53,117 bases of DNA, taken from positions 1 to 53,117 of the forward strand of contig VFZP01000001.1 in assembly GCA_016871115.1 (NCBI GenBank), written 5' to 3'. The notes beneath the pieces were generated by a model. The model saw nothing but the letters and a program-made list of their open reading frames with translations. It was not told the DNA's origin and ran no database searches. This document shows, piece after piece, positions 9,689 through 19,068 of this stretch. The translations under genes were made by a program, and so were the position numbers. Each line of letters begins with the position of its first letter. Positions within the stretch are counted from its first letter, which is position 1. The DNA comes from Acidobacteriota bacterium (lineage in GTDB: Bacteria; Acidobacteriota; Terriglobia; Bryobacterales; Bryobacteraceae).

Positions 9689-11025
9689 ATTCCATAGTAG
9701 GCCAGCATGGCCAGGATAAAGAGAACGGTGCCCGTGACGCCGGGGCGAAACGCCGGAATCGCGAACGTGGCCGCCATCGTGACGACACCCATGGCGATGC
9801 CCGGCGCCGCGCCCGCGATGCCGAGCGGGCTGCGGTAGGGCCGCGGCAGTTCGGGCTTATCCACGCGCAGGCGGATGAACGACACCAGCACAAGGATGTA
9901 GGAGATCAACGCGCCGAAGACCGCCATATTCAACAACGCCGCGCCCACACTGGTGGAGTATTGTTGCGCGAGGAAACAGAGCGCCACGCCCGCGATGCCG
10001 CCGGCAGCGAGCGCACGGCCCGGCACGGCGCGTTTGTTCAACCGGGCCAGCCACGCCGGAAAGTAGCCCGCGCGCGCGAGCGCAAACAAGAGGCGCCCGT
10101 ACGCGTAGACGATCGCGTGGAAACTTGCCACCAGGCCAGTGAGCGAAATGATGGAGAGCAGCGTGGATGTCGCGCGCCCGCCGAAAACGGTTTGAAAGCC
10201 GAGTTCCAGCGGCGCGGCGGACTTGCCGACCGCGTCGGCGCCGCCCGGAATGCCCGAGTTCAATATCAAAGTGCCGCAGGAAAGCACCAACAGCGACGCC
10301 ATGCCGTAGATCAGGGCCTTCGGCATGTCGCGCGCCACGTCTTGCGACTCCTCGGCCGACAGCGGCAATTGTTCAATGGCGAGATAGAACCAAACGGCGT
10401 AGGGCAAGGCAGCGAACACGCCGTACCAGCCTTTGGGCAGGAACGCCGTGGCGCCCGGATCTGGCGCGATGTTCATCGCGTTCTGCCACGCAAACACGCC
10501 GGTGCCCATCACGCCCGCGTAGAAGATGAACAGCACGGCCGCGGCGGCAACGGTGATGGCCATCGATACGCCGAACGACATCTCCGCGCCAAGAATATTG
10601 ATCGCCACGAAGAACACGTAGAAGGCCACCCACCACACCCAATCCGGCGGACCAGGCACCAGCGCCTTCATGTAGCCCGCGATGCCGCTGACGATGACGG
10701 CGGGCGTAGTGACGTACTCGATCGTATCCGACACGCCGTTCAAAAACGCGCGGTCTTTGCCGAACGCTGCGCGCGTGAAATTGTAGAAGCCGCCCGCGTC
10801 TGGCAACGCGGCGGAAAGCTCCGCGATAGACAGCACCAGGCATACGTACATCACGGCGATGGCGAGCGTGGCCAGCAGCAAGCCGCCGAAACCGCCGGCG
10901 AGCAGGCCCGTTTGCCAGCCGAAGTAGTTGCCGCTGATGACGCCGCCCACACCGAGGGCCCACAAATGGACCCAGCCGGCGGTCTTCTTCAGGCCGCCGG
11001 CGGATGGTTTGGTTTCCAGGGGCAC
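9667..11025 (-). CDS. APC-family amino acid/amine permease, ethanolamine-permease-like
   Basis: About 12 predicted TM segments. The N-terminal LWALGVGGVISGNYFGWQ resembles the Eat/EutP signature. The GTG start overlaps the TonB-receptor stop by 1 nt. Confidence 0.65.
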   Translation of the reverse strand: MPLETKPSAGGLKKTAGWVHLWALGVGGVISGNYFGWQTGLLAGGFGGLLLATLAIAVMYVCLVLSIAELSAALPDAGGFYNFTRAAFGKDRAFLNGVSDTIEYVTTPAVIVSGIAGYMKALVPGPPDWVWWVAFYVFFVAINILGAEMSFGVSMAITVAAAAVLFIFYAGVMGTGVFAWQNAMNIAPDPGATAFLPKGWYGVFAALPYAVWFYLAIEQLPLSAEESQDVARDMPKALIYGMASLLVLSCGTLILNSGIPGGADAVGKSAAPLELGFQTVFGGRATSTLLSIISLTGLVASFHAIVYAYGRLLFALARAGYFPAWLARLNKRAVPGRALAAGGIAGVALCFLAQQYSTSVGAALLNMAVFGALISYILVLVSFIRLRVDKPELPRPYRSPLGIAGAAPGIAMGVVTMAATFAIPAFRPGVTGTVLFILAMLAYYGMCRRKHV

Positions 11026-14000
11026 TAGAACTGCAACCGCATGGAGACTTGACCGGTGCGACCGCCACCGAAGTCAACGCCGCGCGCGCCGGTGATGCGG
11101 CCGAAGTTCGAGTCGGCGATGTTCAGGTTCGGGTCGCCAAGGTTAGTGAGGTTCGGCGCGTTGGTGAAGCTGCCTTCGAGGCGCAACGCCACGCGTTCGG
11201 TGAGCTTGAAGGCCTTGCTCACTGCCGCGTTCATGCCAATCGTGCCGGGCCCGGTGACGATGCCGACGCCCGAGTTGCCGAAGCGGGCGATGGGCGCGAT
11301 GTCACGGCCGGGCACCACGCCCACCGTGCAGTTGAACTGTGTGGTGCCCACGGTGCGGCCGGGGCAGAGGAAGCCGCTGCGGTCCGCCCACACATCACGC
11401 GTGGGGTTGCTCAGCGCGCCGCTGCCGACGCGGTCCGGGCGCGATGAGCCACGCGAAGCGGCATTGGTGCCGGATGGATCGCCGCCGGAGAAAACGGGCG
11501 TGAGGAAAGGCCCGGTTTGCAGCGTGACGATACTGGAAAGTTGCCAACCGCCGAGCACCGCATCCGCGGCGCGGCCCGCGCTGCCGAGGAACTTGCGCCC
11601 CTTGCCGAACGGCAGTTCATAGACGAGGCTGTTGACGCTGCGGTGACGGCGCGTGGCATAGACCTCGCCACGGTCCGCGCGGCGGTCGAGCGAGTTGGTG
11701 AGGCGGCCGCCACCCGTTTCGCCGGCGAAGCCGCTGGGCGCCGGGCCCGCATTGTCAGCCAAGCCCTTGGCCAGCGTGTAGGCCATCGTGAAGCTGACGC
11801 CGCTGGCAAAGCGGCGATTGAGCTCCGCTTGCAGCGAGTTGTACAGAGCGTTGGCGCCGGCGTCGCGGCTGAAAATCAGGCCCCAGTTCGGGAACGGCCG
11901 GTCGAGACTGGTGCGCTGCGCAAAGAAGGAGGTGGACGGCGCCATCTGATTCACATCAGGCGCCCAAGGCAGATGCGTCGACTTGTTGCCGATGTAGGAA
12001 ACGCGCAGGCCGAGGTCCTTGCCAAGTTGGCGATCCACCGACAGCGCCCATTGCGTCATATACGGCGGCTTGAAGTCGATCTGATTCGCCGTGCGGAACT
12101 CAAACGTGCCCACCGCGCCGCTGCGAATGCCGCTGCCAGGCGTGCGCGTGTCGGGCCATTGGAAGATGGGCCGGCCATCAGCGCCCACGTTGGCGAAGTT
12201 GCGCACATCGCTCTGCACCGTGCCGGTGAGCGAGTAGAAGACCGAGCCCAGCAGAATCATGTTGTAGATGCCCGCGCTGGTGCGCAGCGTGGTCTTGTTG
12301 TTCAGGCGATAAGCGAGGCCGAGGCGCGGCAGGAACTGCGTCTTGTAAGTCGTGCGGAGCGCTTCGGGCAGGCCCGCTTCCTTAGCGGTAATAATGGGCG
12401 TGCAGGGTACGCCGTTGATCGCCGCGCCGGGGCAGGCGTTGAACGACGTAAGCGCACCGGGCGCAAGGAACGACTTGGCCTGCGGGTCCGACATGATGAT
12501 TACCTGACCGGTACGCGGCACCGTGCGGTCGAAGTTGCCGATGTTCAGGCCACGATCCGAGTAGCCGGGATGAAGTTCATAACGCACGCCAACGTCGATG
12601 GTCAGTTTGCTGGTGGCGCGAATCGTGTCCTGCACGTAAGCCTTGAAATGTTTCGCGCCGCCGTCATTGTCGCGCGCGACCACGGCGATTGAGCTGCTGA
12701 CGGGCACGCCAAGCAGAAAATCCGCAAAGCCGCTGCCCGAGAAGTTGTCATTGAAAGAGAAGTCGCCGTAGTTATTGCCACCCGTGAAACCGAGGTCTGA
12801 ACGGGCGCGCACGCTGCGGATGTCGAAGCCGGTCTTGATAGTGTGGCGGCCGCGGACCCAGGTGAGGTTATCGATGAACTGAAGGTTATTCGAGATGCCG
12901 TAGCCGGGGCGGCCCTTGCTGAAGCCGGTGTAGCCGTTACTGCCGCCGATGCCAACGTTGGGCAGTCCGTTGAAGAAGATGTCGCGTTGAATGTCCTTGA
13001 GGTTCAGCGAATTCGTGAACTCGAGGCCGTTGAAGGGGAAGACGCGCTTGACGTCGGAAGTGACTAAGCCGAAGCGGAACTCGTTCAGCAATGTGGGGCG
13101 GATCGTCGCAGTCCAGGAGACGGCCGTCTGATAATAGTCCTCCTTCACTTCGTCGGAAGGCAGCGTGAGCGAGTTGGCTGCCTGCGACGGATTGCTTTTC
13201 TTCGAATAGCGCCCGAAGACCATGTGCTGCGAATTGAAGGTGTGGTCCACGCGCGCTTCGTACTGATTGGAGTTCACGCTGGTTGGCACGTTGAGGCGGA
13301 AGTTGGCCACCGAGCGCCGCTCGGTGGTGCCGGTGTTGATCGCGGGGTAGAAAGGCAGAATCTTGGCGGCAACTGGATTGATGCGGCTCGCGGGAACCAC
13401 GTTGCCCGGAAACGGCGTGGCCGTGAACGGATCGCGCACGTTGACGCCAGTCTCGCGCGAGAAGTCGCCGCGCTTGACGAACTCCGTGGGCACAGTGTTC
13501 TGAATCGTGCCCTGGCGAGGGAACCGCATCGATTCCCAAGTGAAGTAGAAAAAAGTCTTGTTCTCGCCGTTGTACTTCGGCAGCTTCACCGGTCCGCCGA
13601 CCGTAGCGCCAAACGTGTTGCCGATCTTGGCGGGCAGCACGTTCTGTCCGAAGCTGCGAGCATCCAGCGCCCGGTTCTGGTGATACCAGAAAGCCGCGCC
13701 GTGGAACTGGTTCGACCCGCTCTTTGACGCCACGGTGATGTCGCCGGGCTGGCCGAACTCCGCGGTGTTGCCCACGCCCTGTACTTTGATCTCCGAGATC
13801 GATTCCACCGAGAGAAACTGATTGCGCTGGGCGCTGTTGCCGGTCATCTGCGTGATGGAGATGCCGTCGACGGTGGTTTCCGTCTGCGCCGGCAGGCCGC
13901 CTTGAATCGATAGGCCGAGGCCGTTATCTGCCTGCACGCCGGGCAGCGTTTGCAGCATCGCAAAAGGCGTGGTGTTGCCCGCGCCGCGCACGTTGGTGGG

Positions 14001-14450
14001 CAAGTTCAACACTTTTTCCGGCGTGAGGTTTGAAGCAATCGCCGGGTTGTCCGTCGCGATGACGCCGGCAGACGTGGTCACCTCCACCGTCTGCGTCACT
14101 TCGCCCACTTCCAGTACGGCGTCCACGCGCAGCGTCTGCCGCGCCACCAGCGCAAGGTTTGGGGCGCTGAAGGTGCGGAAGCCGGACGAAGTCACGGTGA
14201 CCGTGTACGGGCCGGCCTTCACGTTCTGGAACTCATACTCGCCCGCTCCGCCCGCCGTGGTTTCACGGCCGGTGTTTTCGGCGGTGTTGGTGAGCCGGAC
14301 GGTGGAGCGAGGAACCACCGCACCCGAAGAGTCACGAACGTCGCCAAGGACGACGCCGAAAATGGACTGAGCCAGGGCGCTGCCGCCGAGCGCGATGAGC
14401 GCAATTGCAGCACGCGCAATACTTGACGAAACCGTGAACGAAGTTGTCAT
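11025..14450 (-). CDS. TonB-dependent outer-membrane receptor with an N-terminal CarboxypepD_reg-like domain
   Basis: Signal peptide MTTSFTVSSSIARAAIALIALGGSALAQ, a carboxypeptidase-regulatory-like beta sandwich (GPYTVTVTSSGF) and a C-terminal aromatic residue (..MRLQF). About 1140 aa. The ATG at 14450 is preferred over the TTG at 14471. Confidence 0.8.
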   Translation of the reverse strand: MTTSFTVSSSIARAAIALIALGGSALAQSIFGVVLGDVRDSSGAVVPRSTVRLTNTAENTGRETTAGGAGEYEFQNVKAGPYTVTVTSSGFRTFSAPNLALVARQTLRVDAVLEVGEVTQTVEVTTSAGVIATDNPAIASNLTPEKVLNLPTNVRGAGNTTPFAMLQTLPGVQADNGLGLSIQGGLPAQTETTVDGISITQMTGNSAQRNQFLSVESISEIKVQGVGNTAEFGQPGDITVASKSGSNQFHGAAFWYHQNRALDARSFGQNVLPAKIGNTFGATVGGPVKLPKYNGENKTFFYFTWESMRFPRQGTIQNTVPTEFVKRGDFSRETGVNVRDPFTATPFPGNVVPASRINPVAAKILPFYPAINTGTTERRSVANFRLNVPTSVNSNQYEARVDHTFNSQHMVFGRYSKKSNPSQAANSLTLPSDEVKEDYYQTAVSWTATIRPTLLNEFRFGLVTSDVKRVFPFNGLEFTNSLNLKDIQRDIFFNGLPNVGIGGSNGYTGFSKGRPGYGISNNLQFIDNLTWVRGRHTIKTGFDIRSVRARSDLGFTGGNNYGDFSFNDNFSGSGFADFLLGVPVSSSIAVVARDNDGGAKHFKAYVQDTIRATSKLTIDVGVRYELHPGYSDRGLNIGNFDRTVPRTGQVIIMSDPQAKSFLAPGALTSFNACPGAAINGVPCTPIITAKEAGLPEALRTTYKTQFLPRLGLAYRLNNKTTLRTSAGIYNMILLGSVFYSLTGTVQSDVRNFANVGADGRPIFQWPDTRTPGSGIRSGAVGTFEFRTANQIDFKPPYMTQWALSVDRQLGKDLGLRVSYIGNKSTHLPWAPDVNQMAPSTSFFAQRTSLDRPFPNWGLIFSRDAGANALYNSLQAELNRRFASGVSFTMAYTLAKGLADNAGPAPSGFAGETGGGRLTNSLDRRADRGEVYATRRHRSVNSLVYELPFGKGRKFLGSAGRAADAVLGGWQLSSIVTLQTGPFLTPVFSGGDPSGTNAASRGSSRPDRVGSGALSNPTRDVWADRSGFLCPGRTVGTTQFNCTVGVVPGRDIAPIARFGNSGVGIVTGPGTIGMNAAVSKAFKLTERVALRLEGSFTNAPNLTNLGDPNLNIADSNFGRITGARGVDFGGGRTGQVSMRLQF

Positions 14451-14518
14451 AGAACCCTTTGTTAGGCTCAAGTATAGCCCGCGGTTTCGTCTCGTTCAAT
14501 GAAGTCTTCGTGAATTGT

Positions 14519-14938
14519 CTACGGGAGTCTGGCGGTGTGGCGGCCCACCATCTTCCAGACGTTGCCGTCCTTGACCCACATCATCATGAAATGCAGCGGA
14601 GTCTTGGTGGCCGGACTGATGTGCGCGACCATCTTGCCGTACACCATCGCTGACTTGCCGTACACTTTCACGGTGAGGCCGTCCTCAACAACGAAGTTGA
14701 TCTTCGATTTCACCAGCGCGGCGATGCACTCGGCCTTGTTCTCCACCTTGGAGTTGGAATGAGCGTACATCAGATCTTCGCTGAGCAGCCTGCCTAACGT
14801 GGCGCCATCTCCTTCGAGCGTGGCTTTGTTGAAACTGGCTACGGCGGCGCGGACGGCGGCTTCATCGCCGGAGGCGGCGAAGGAGGTCATGGCCAGGCCG
14901 GTGAGGCAGGTGAGAGTGAAAAGAATGTTGCGGATCAT
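14519..14938 (-). CDS. Secreted SnoaL-like/DUF4440 (NTF2-fold) protein
   Basis: Signal peptide followed by about 115 aa with an NTF2-like pattern (DEAAVRAAVASFNKA...MMMWVKDGNVWKMV). Confidence 0.6.
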   Translation of the reverse strand: MIRNILFTLTCLTGLAMTSFAASGDEAAVRAAVASFNKATLEGDGATLGRLLSEDLMYAHSNSKVENKAECIAALVKSKINFVVEDGLTVKVYGKSAMVYGKMVAHISPATKTPLHFMMMWVKDGNVWKMVGRHTARLP

Positions 14939-14952
14939 ATCGACCGCGTAGT

Positions 14953-15399
14953 CTATCGCATTCCGGCGGTCACTTCCACGAGCTTGTCGAAAAACTTGCG
15001 GATCATCATTTTCGCCGTGGTGTCGATAAGGCGCTGGCCAACGGCTGCGATGGTGCCGCCCACCTGCACGTCACCCTCATACGTTACTTGCGTCGACGCT
15101 TCGCCTGCCTCGGTCAACTCTAGCGCGCCTTCGCCCTTCATGAAGCCGATTTTGCCCGTGCCTTCCACGATGAGTTTGAAGCGCTCCGGCGGCGCGGCAT
15201 CGGCGATTTTCACCTTGCCTTGAAACTGGCCGCTGATGGCCGCCAGCGCCATCTTCATCTTCATCGCGTATTCCTGGGCGCCCGTCGCCTCCAGCGACTC
15301 GCAACCCGGCATGCACTGCACCAGCACGTCCGGGTTCTGCATCGCGCGGTAGGCGCATTCGCGCGATAGCGGCAACGTCTGAGTGCCCGCGATCTTCAT
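14953..15399 (-). CDS. CoxG-like SRPBCC protein
   Basis: 148 aa, typical CoxG position and sequence (GCESLE...KIADA...VGGTIAAVGQRLID). 4-nt overlap with the upstream FAD subunit. Confidence 0.7.
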   Translation of the reverse strand: MKIAGTQTLPLSRECAYRAMQNPDVLVQCMPGCESLEATGAQEYAMKMKMALAAISGQFQGKVKIADAAPPERFKLIVEGTGKIGFMKGEGALELTEAGEASTQVTYEGDVQVGGTIAAVGQRLIDTTAKMMIRKFFDKLVEVTAGMR

Positions 15400-16184
15400 G
15401 CCCGCGCCCGCGCCGCCGCAATCGCTCGCCGCGCGTAGACTTTGGCCATTTCGCGCCGGTACGCGGAAGCGGCATGGATGTCGGAGTTCGCCTCGGTGGT
15501 ATTCAGCGCCGCCAGGTCCGTGGCGTCGGTAATCAAAATGGGCCGCGCGCCGAGCCCGGTGACACCCAGGCGGCCATGGCCGTCCTGCCCGATGCGCGCG
15601 GCAACACCGACGATCGCGAAACCGGACGCTGGCTGCAGCAGCTTCTGATAGCTGGTGCCCATCGTTTCAACGGGCACGATGATCTCTTTCACGAGTTCAT
15701 CGGGTTCGGCCGCAGTGGTGAGCGCGTCGACGAAAAAGTCATTCGCGCCCACGGTGCGTTCGCCGCCGCGCTTTGAAGCAACGACAATCCGCGCATCGAG
15801 TGCGACGAGCGCCGCCGGATAGTCGGCCGAGGGATCGGCGTGCGCCACCGAGCCGCCGATCGTGCCGCGGTTGCGGATCTGCACGTCGCCAATCCAGCCA
15901 GCCGTTTCTGATAGCAACGGACAGCCCGCGCGGAGCAGCGCCGATGTTTCGACCTCAAAATGCGTAGCGAGCGCGCCCACGTGAATGCCGGCCTGATCCT
16001 GATGAATGTAATTGAGTCCTTGAATGCGGCCGAGATCGACAACGCGTTCCGGCGCGGCCAGGCGCAGCTTCATCATTGGGATAAGGCTCATGCCTCCGGA
16101 AAGCGGCTTGGCGCCGGCGGCCACCTGTTCCAGGGCGTCGGCAAAGGAGGTGGCGGCGGCGTAGTCAAAGCTGTGCGGGATCAT
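15396..16184 (-). CDS. Molybdenum hydroxylase FAD-binding medium subunit (CoxM-like)
   Basis: FAD-binding PCMH pattern (GGMSLIPMMKLR, NRGTIGGS). 262 aa. Confidence 0.8.
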   Translation of the reverse strand: MIPHSFDYAAATSFADALEQVAAGAKPLSGGMSLIPMMKLRLAAPERVVDLGRIQGLNYIHQDQAGIHVGALATHFEVETSALLRAGCPLLSETAGWIGDVQIRNRGTIGGSVAHADPSADYPAALVALDARIVVASKRGGERTVGANDFFVDALTTAAEPDELVKEIIVPVETMGTSYQKLLQPASGFAIVGVAARIGQDGHGRLGVTGLGARPILITDATDLAALNTTEANSDIHAASAYRREMAKVYARRAIAAARARA

Positions 16185-18520
16185 GCGCGGGCTCCTTGCT
16201 GGATGACGTTCCAGATCTTTTCCGGCGTCAGCGGCATGTCGAGGTGACGCACGCCGAGAGAACTCAACGCATCGACCACCGAGTTCACCACTGCGGGCGA
16301 GCAGCCGATCGTGCCGGCCTCACCAACGCCCTTAACGCCAAGCGGATTCACCGGCGACGGCGTTTCGGTGTGGTGCGATTCCACCCACGGCATCATGGTC
16401 GCCTTCGGAATCGCGTAGTCCGTCAACTCGCCGCTGAGGAGTTGTCCGTTGTCGTCATAGACCACTTGTTCGTACAGCGCCTGGCCCAACCCCTGCGCCA
16501 CGCCGCCATGCACCTGGCCGTCGACAATGAGCGGGTTGATGATCTTGCCGCAATCGTCCACGGCGACGTAACGCTTGATTTCGATGCGGCCGGTGTCGCG
16601 GTCAATCTCGGTCACCACCAGGTGAGCGCCGAAGGGGAACGTGAAGTTGGGGGGCTCCCAGAAAAACGTGGTCTGCATGCCGGGCTCTTCGTCGGGCGGC
16701 AGTTTAAGGGCACGATACGATGCACCGGCGAGTTGCGCGAGCGAGGCCGTCTTGCCGGTCTTGTTGCAGATGCACTGGCCGGCCTCGTACCGCACGTCGT
16801 CCGAACCCAGCGCCGACTCACCGTACCGCTTCAGCTTCTTCTTCAGATTCTGCAGCGCGTAGTAGAGGGCCGGTCCGCCCACCGCCGTGCCGCGCGAACC
16901 GAACGTGCCAATGCCGTACTGCACAATCGCCGTGTCGCCGCGGAATACCACCACGTCATCGAGCCCGATGCCGAGTTCATCGGCGGCGATCTGCGCAAAC
17001 GTGGTTTCTTCGCCTTGACCGTGATGGCAAGAGCCCGTGAGCACGGTCACCTTGCCGTCCGGGTCTACCTTCACCGTGGCGCTTTCCCAACCGCCGGCCG
17101 GGGTGGCGGGCGAGGGACCGAAGGCGCAAATCTCGCCGTACGTGGCGATGCCGATGCCCATCAGTTTGCCCGCTACTCGCGCCGTTTGTTGCTCGGCGCG
17201 CAGCGCCGCATAGCCGCCGATCTCCAGCGCTTTGCGCAGCGGCAAATCGTACTGGCCGCTGTCATAGGTGAGGCCAGTGGCCGTGGCAAACGGAAATTCT
17301 TCGGGCTGGATGAAATTCTTCAGGCGGATGTCGGCGGGATCGAGTTTCAACTCGGCGGCCAGCATGTCCACCATGCGTTCAATGGCGTGCGTGGCTTCCG
17401 GACGCCCCGCGCCCCGGTACGCATCCGTGGGCACGCAGTTGGTGAAGACGCCGACAATATCCGCCGTCACGTTGCGGAAGCGGTAAAGGCCCGGCATCAT
17501 CAGCACCGAAAGTGTGGGAATCACAGGCGTCAGGAGTTGGTGATACGCGCCGAGATCCTGGATCAGCTTCAGTTTCAGCCCGAGAATCGTACCGTCTTTC
17601 TTCGCTGCAATCTCCAGGTAGTCCACGTGGCCGCGGCCGTGAATCGTCGCTACATAGTTTTCCCGGCGCGACTCGATCCACTTCACCGGCTTGCCCAGCT
17701 TCATCGAAACGAAGCTCATCAGCGCTTCTTCGGCATACACGTTCAGCTTGCAGCCGAAGCCGCCGCCCACTTCCGGCGTCACCACACGCGTCTTGTTCTC
17801 AGCGAGACCCAACATGCCGGCCACCAGCGAACGCAACAAATGCGGAATCTGCGTAGAGGAGTAAAGAGTGAGCGCTTTGTCGCCCGGCTTCCAGTCGGCC
17901 ACCACGCCGCGCGTCTCCATGGGCGTGGGAATCAGCCGCTGGCTGGTGATGCGCTGCTTAACGATGACGTCCGCTTCGGCGAACGCCTGCGCGATATCGC
18001 CGCCTTCCTGGTGATAGGTGAACGCGGTGTTGTCGGGCCATTCCGGATGCACGGCGGGTGCGCCGGGCGTGAGCGCCTTCTCCGGATCGGCGGCGGCGGG
18101 TAGCACATCGTAGTCCACTTCAATGCTATCCGCCGCGTCGCGCGCCACGTACTTGTCTCCTGCGACGACCACGGCCACCGGGTGACCCACGAAGTACACG
18201 CGGTCCGTCGCGAGGATGTAGTGATGCGGAACGCGCAGCCCGGGGAGCGATGCGCCGCACGGCACCGGGCCCACTTCTTTGGTGTCGGCGCCCGTGTACA
18301 CGGCCACCACTCCGGGAGTCTCAAGCGCGGCTTTTGCGTCGATGCTCTTGATGCGCGCGGCGGCGTAAGGGCTGCGCACGATGCAGGCGTGATGCATGCC
18401 GGGCAGCTTGATGTCGTCCACATACGTGGCGGTGCCGGTGATCAGACGCGGGTCTTCCTTGCGGCGCAGTCGCTTGCCTACCAGTTTGCCGGTGGCGGGA
18501 GGAGCGGCAGTTGTGGCCAT
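16181..18520 (-). CDS. Molybdopterin-binding large subunit of the xanthine dehydrogenase/CO dehydrogenase family (CoxL form II-like)
   Basis: 779 aa. The active-site loop reads PTDAYRGAGRPE (AYRGAGR, the form II motif) and not the VAYRCSFR of bona fide CO dehydrogenases. Confidence 0.85.
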   Translation of the reverse strand: MATTAAPPATGKLVGKRLRRKEDPRLITGTATYVDDIKLPGMHHACIVRSPYAAARIKSIDAKAALETPGVVAVYTGADTKEVGPVPCGASLPGLRVPHHYILATDRVYFVGHPVAVVVAGDKYVARDAADSIEVDYDVLPAAADPEKALTPGAPAVHPEWPDNTAFTYHQEGGDIAQAFAEADVIVKQRITSQRLIPTPMETRGVVADWKPGDKALTLYSSTQIPHLLRSLVAGMLGLAENKTRVVTPEVGGGFGCKLNVYAEEALMSFVSMKLGKPVKWIESRRENYVATIHGRGHVDYLEIAAKKDGTILGLKLKLIQDLGAYHQLLTPVIPTLSVLMMPGLYRFRNVTADIVGVFTNCVPTDAYRGAGRPEATHAIERMVDMLAAELKLDPADIRLKNFIQPEEFPFATATGLTYDSGQYDLPLRKALEIGGYAALRAEQQTARVAGKLMGIGIATYGEICAFGPSPATPAGGWESATVKVDPDGKVTVLTGSCHHGQGEETTFAQIAADELGIGLDDVVVFRGDTAIVQYGIGTFGSRGTAVGGPALYYALQNLKKKLKRYGESALGSDDVRYEAGQCICNKTGKTASLAQLAGASYRALKLPPDEEPGMQTTFFWEPPNFTFPFGAHLVVTEIDRDTGRIEIKRYVAVDDCGKIINPLIVDGQVHGGVAQGLGQALYEQVVYDDNGQLLSGELTDYAIPKATMMPWVESHHTETPSPVNPLGVKGVGEAGTIGCSPAVVNSVVDALSSLGVRHLDMPLTPEKIWNVIQQGARA

Positions 18521-18524
18521 TGGC

Positions 18525-18992
18525 TTACTTCATCCTTTCGGCGGCGGTGCGCACCGCGTTGACAATGTGCTGGTAGCCCGTGCAGCGGCACAAATTCCCT
18601 TCGATGCCGTGGCGGATCTCGCCTTCGGAGGGATTCGGATTCCGTTCCAGCAGTTGCTTGGAGGCCATAATCATGCCTGGCGTGCAAAAGCCGCACTGGA
18701 GGCCGTGTTCATTCCAGAACGCCTCCTGCACCGGATGAAGTTCGCCGTTCTTGGCGAGCCCCTCGATCGTGGTGAGGCTGCGTCCGTTTGCCTGCACGGC
18801 AAACATAGTACAACTCTTCACGGCCTTGCCGTCCAGTTCCACGGTGCAGGCGCCGCAGAGCGACGTCTCGCAACCGATATGCGCACCGGTGAGCCCCACT
18901 ACCTCGCGCAAGTAGTGAATCAGCAGCAGGCGCGCTTCAATTTCATCAGAGCGGGTCTCGCCGTTGATGGTGACCGTGATCGTTCGTTTCAT
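18525..18992 (-). CDS. [2Fe-2S] small subunit (CoxS-like)
   Basis: Two Cys clusters ([11 protein letters not shown] and CGFCTPGM...CRCTGY). 155 aa. Confidence 0.85.
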   Translation of the reverse strand: MKRTITVTINGETRSDEIEARLLLIHYLREVVGLTGAHIGCETSLCGACTVELDGKAVKSCTMFAVQANGRSLTTIEGLAKNGELHPVQEAFWNEHGLQCGFCTPGMIMASKQLLERNPNPSEGEIRHGIEGNLCRCTGYQHIVNAVRTAAERMK

Positions 18993-19068
18993 TGCCGGGT
19001 ATCCCAGGGCATGACTTTACCAAAAAAATCGGAAACGTTGCGCTGCCCCGGCGCGTTGTGCTTTCGGG

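Noticed and set aside
9673-11028. 451-aa plus-strand ORF mirroring the permease gene almost exactly
   Set aside because: The minus-strand product is a convincing 12-TM APC permease. The plus-strand product is Arg/Asp/Gly-rich with no hydrophobic or enzymatic pattern, so it is a GC-rich mirror frame.
16196-18103. 635-aa plus-strand ORF
   Set aside because: It is antisense to the CoxL-like large subunit and is another shadow ORF.
18396-19068. N-terminal 224 codons of the 571-aa track ORF 18396-20111
   Set aside because: This part is antisense to the CoxS and CoxL genes. Only the portion from about 19170 onward matches an AP-superfamily protein, and the true N-terminus is in another frame starting at 19069.
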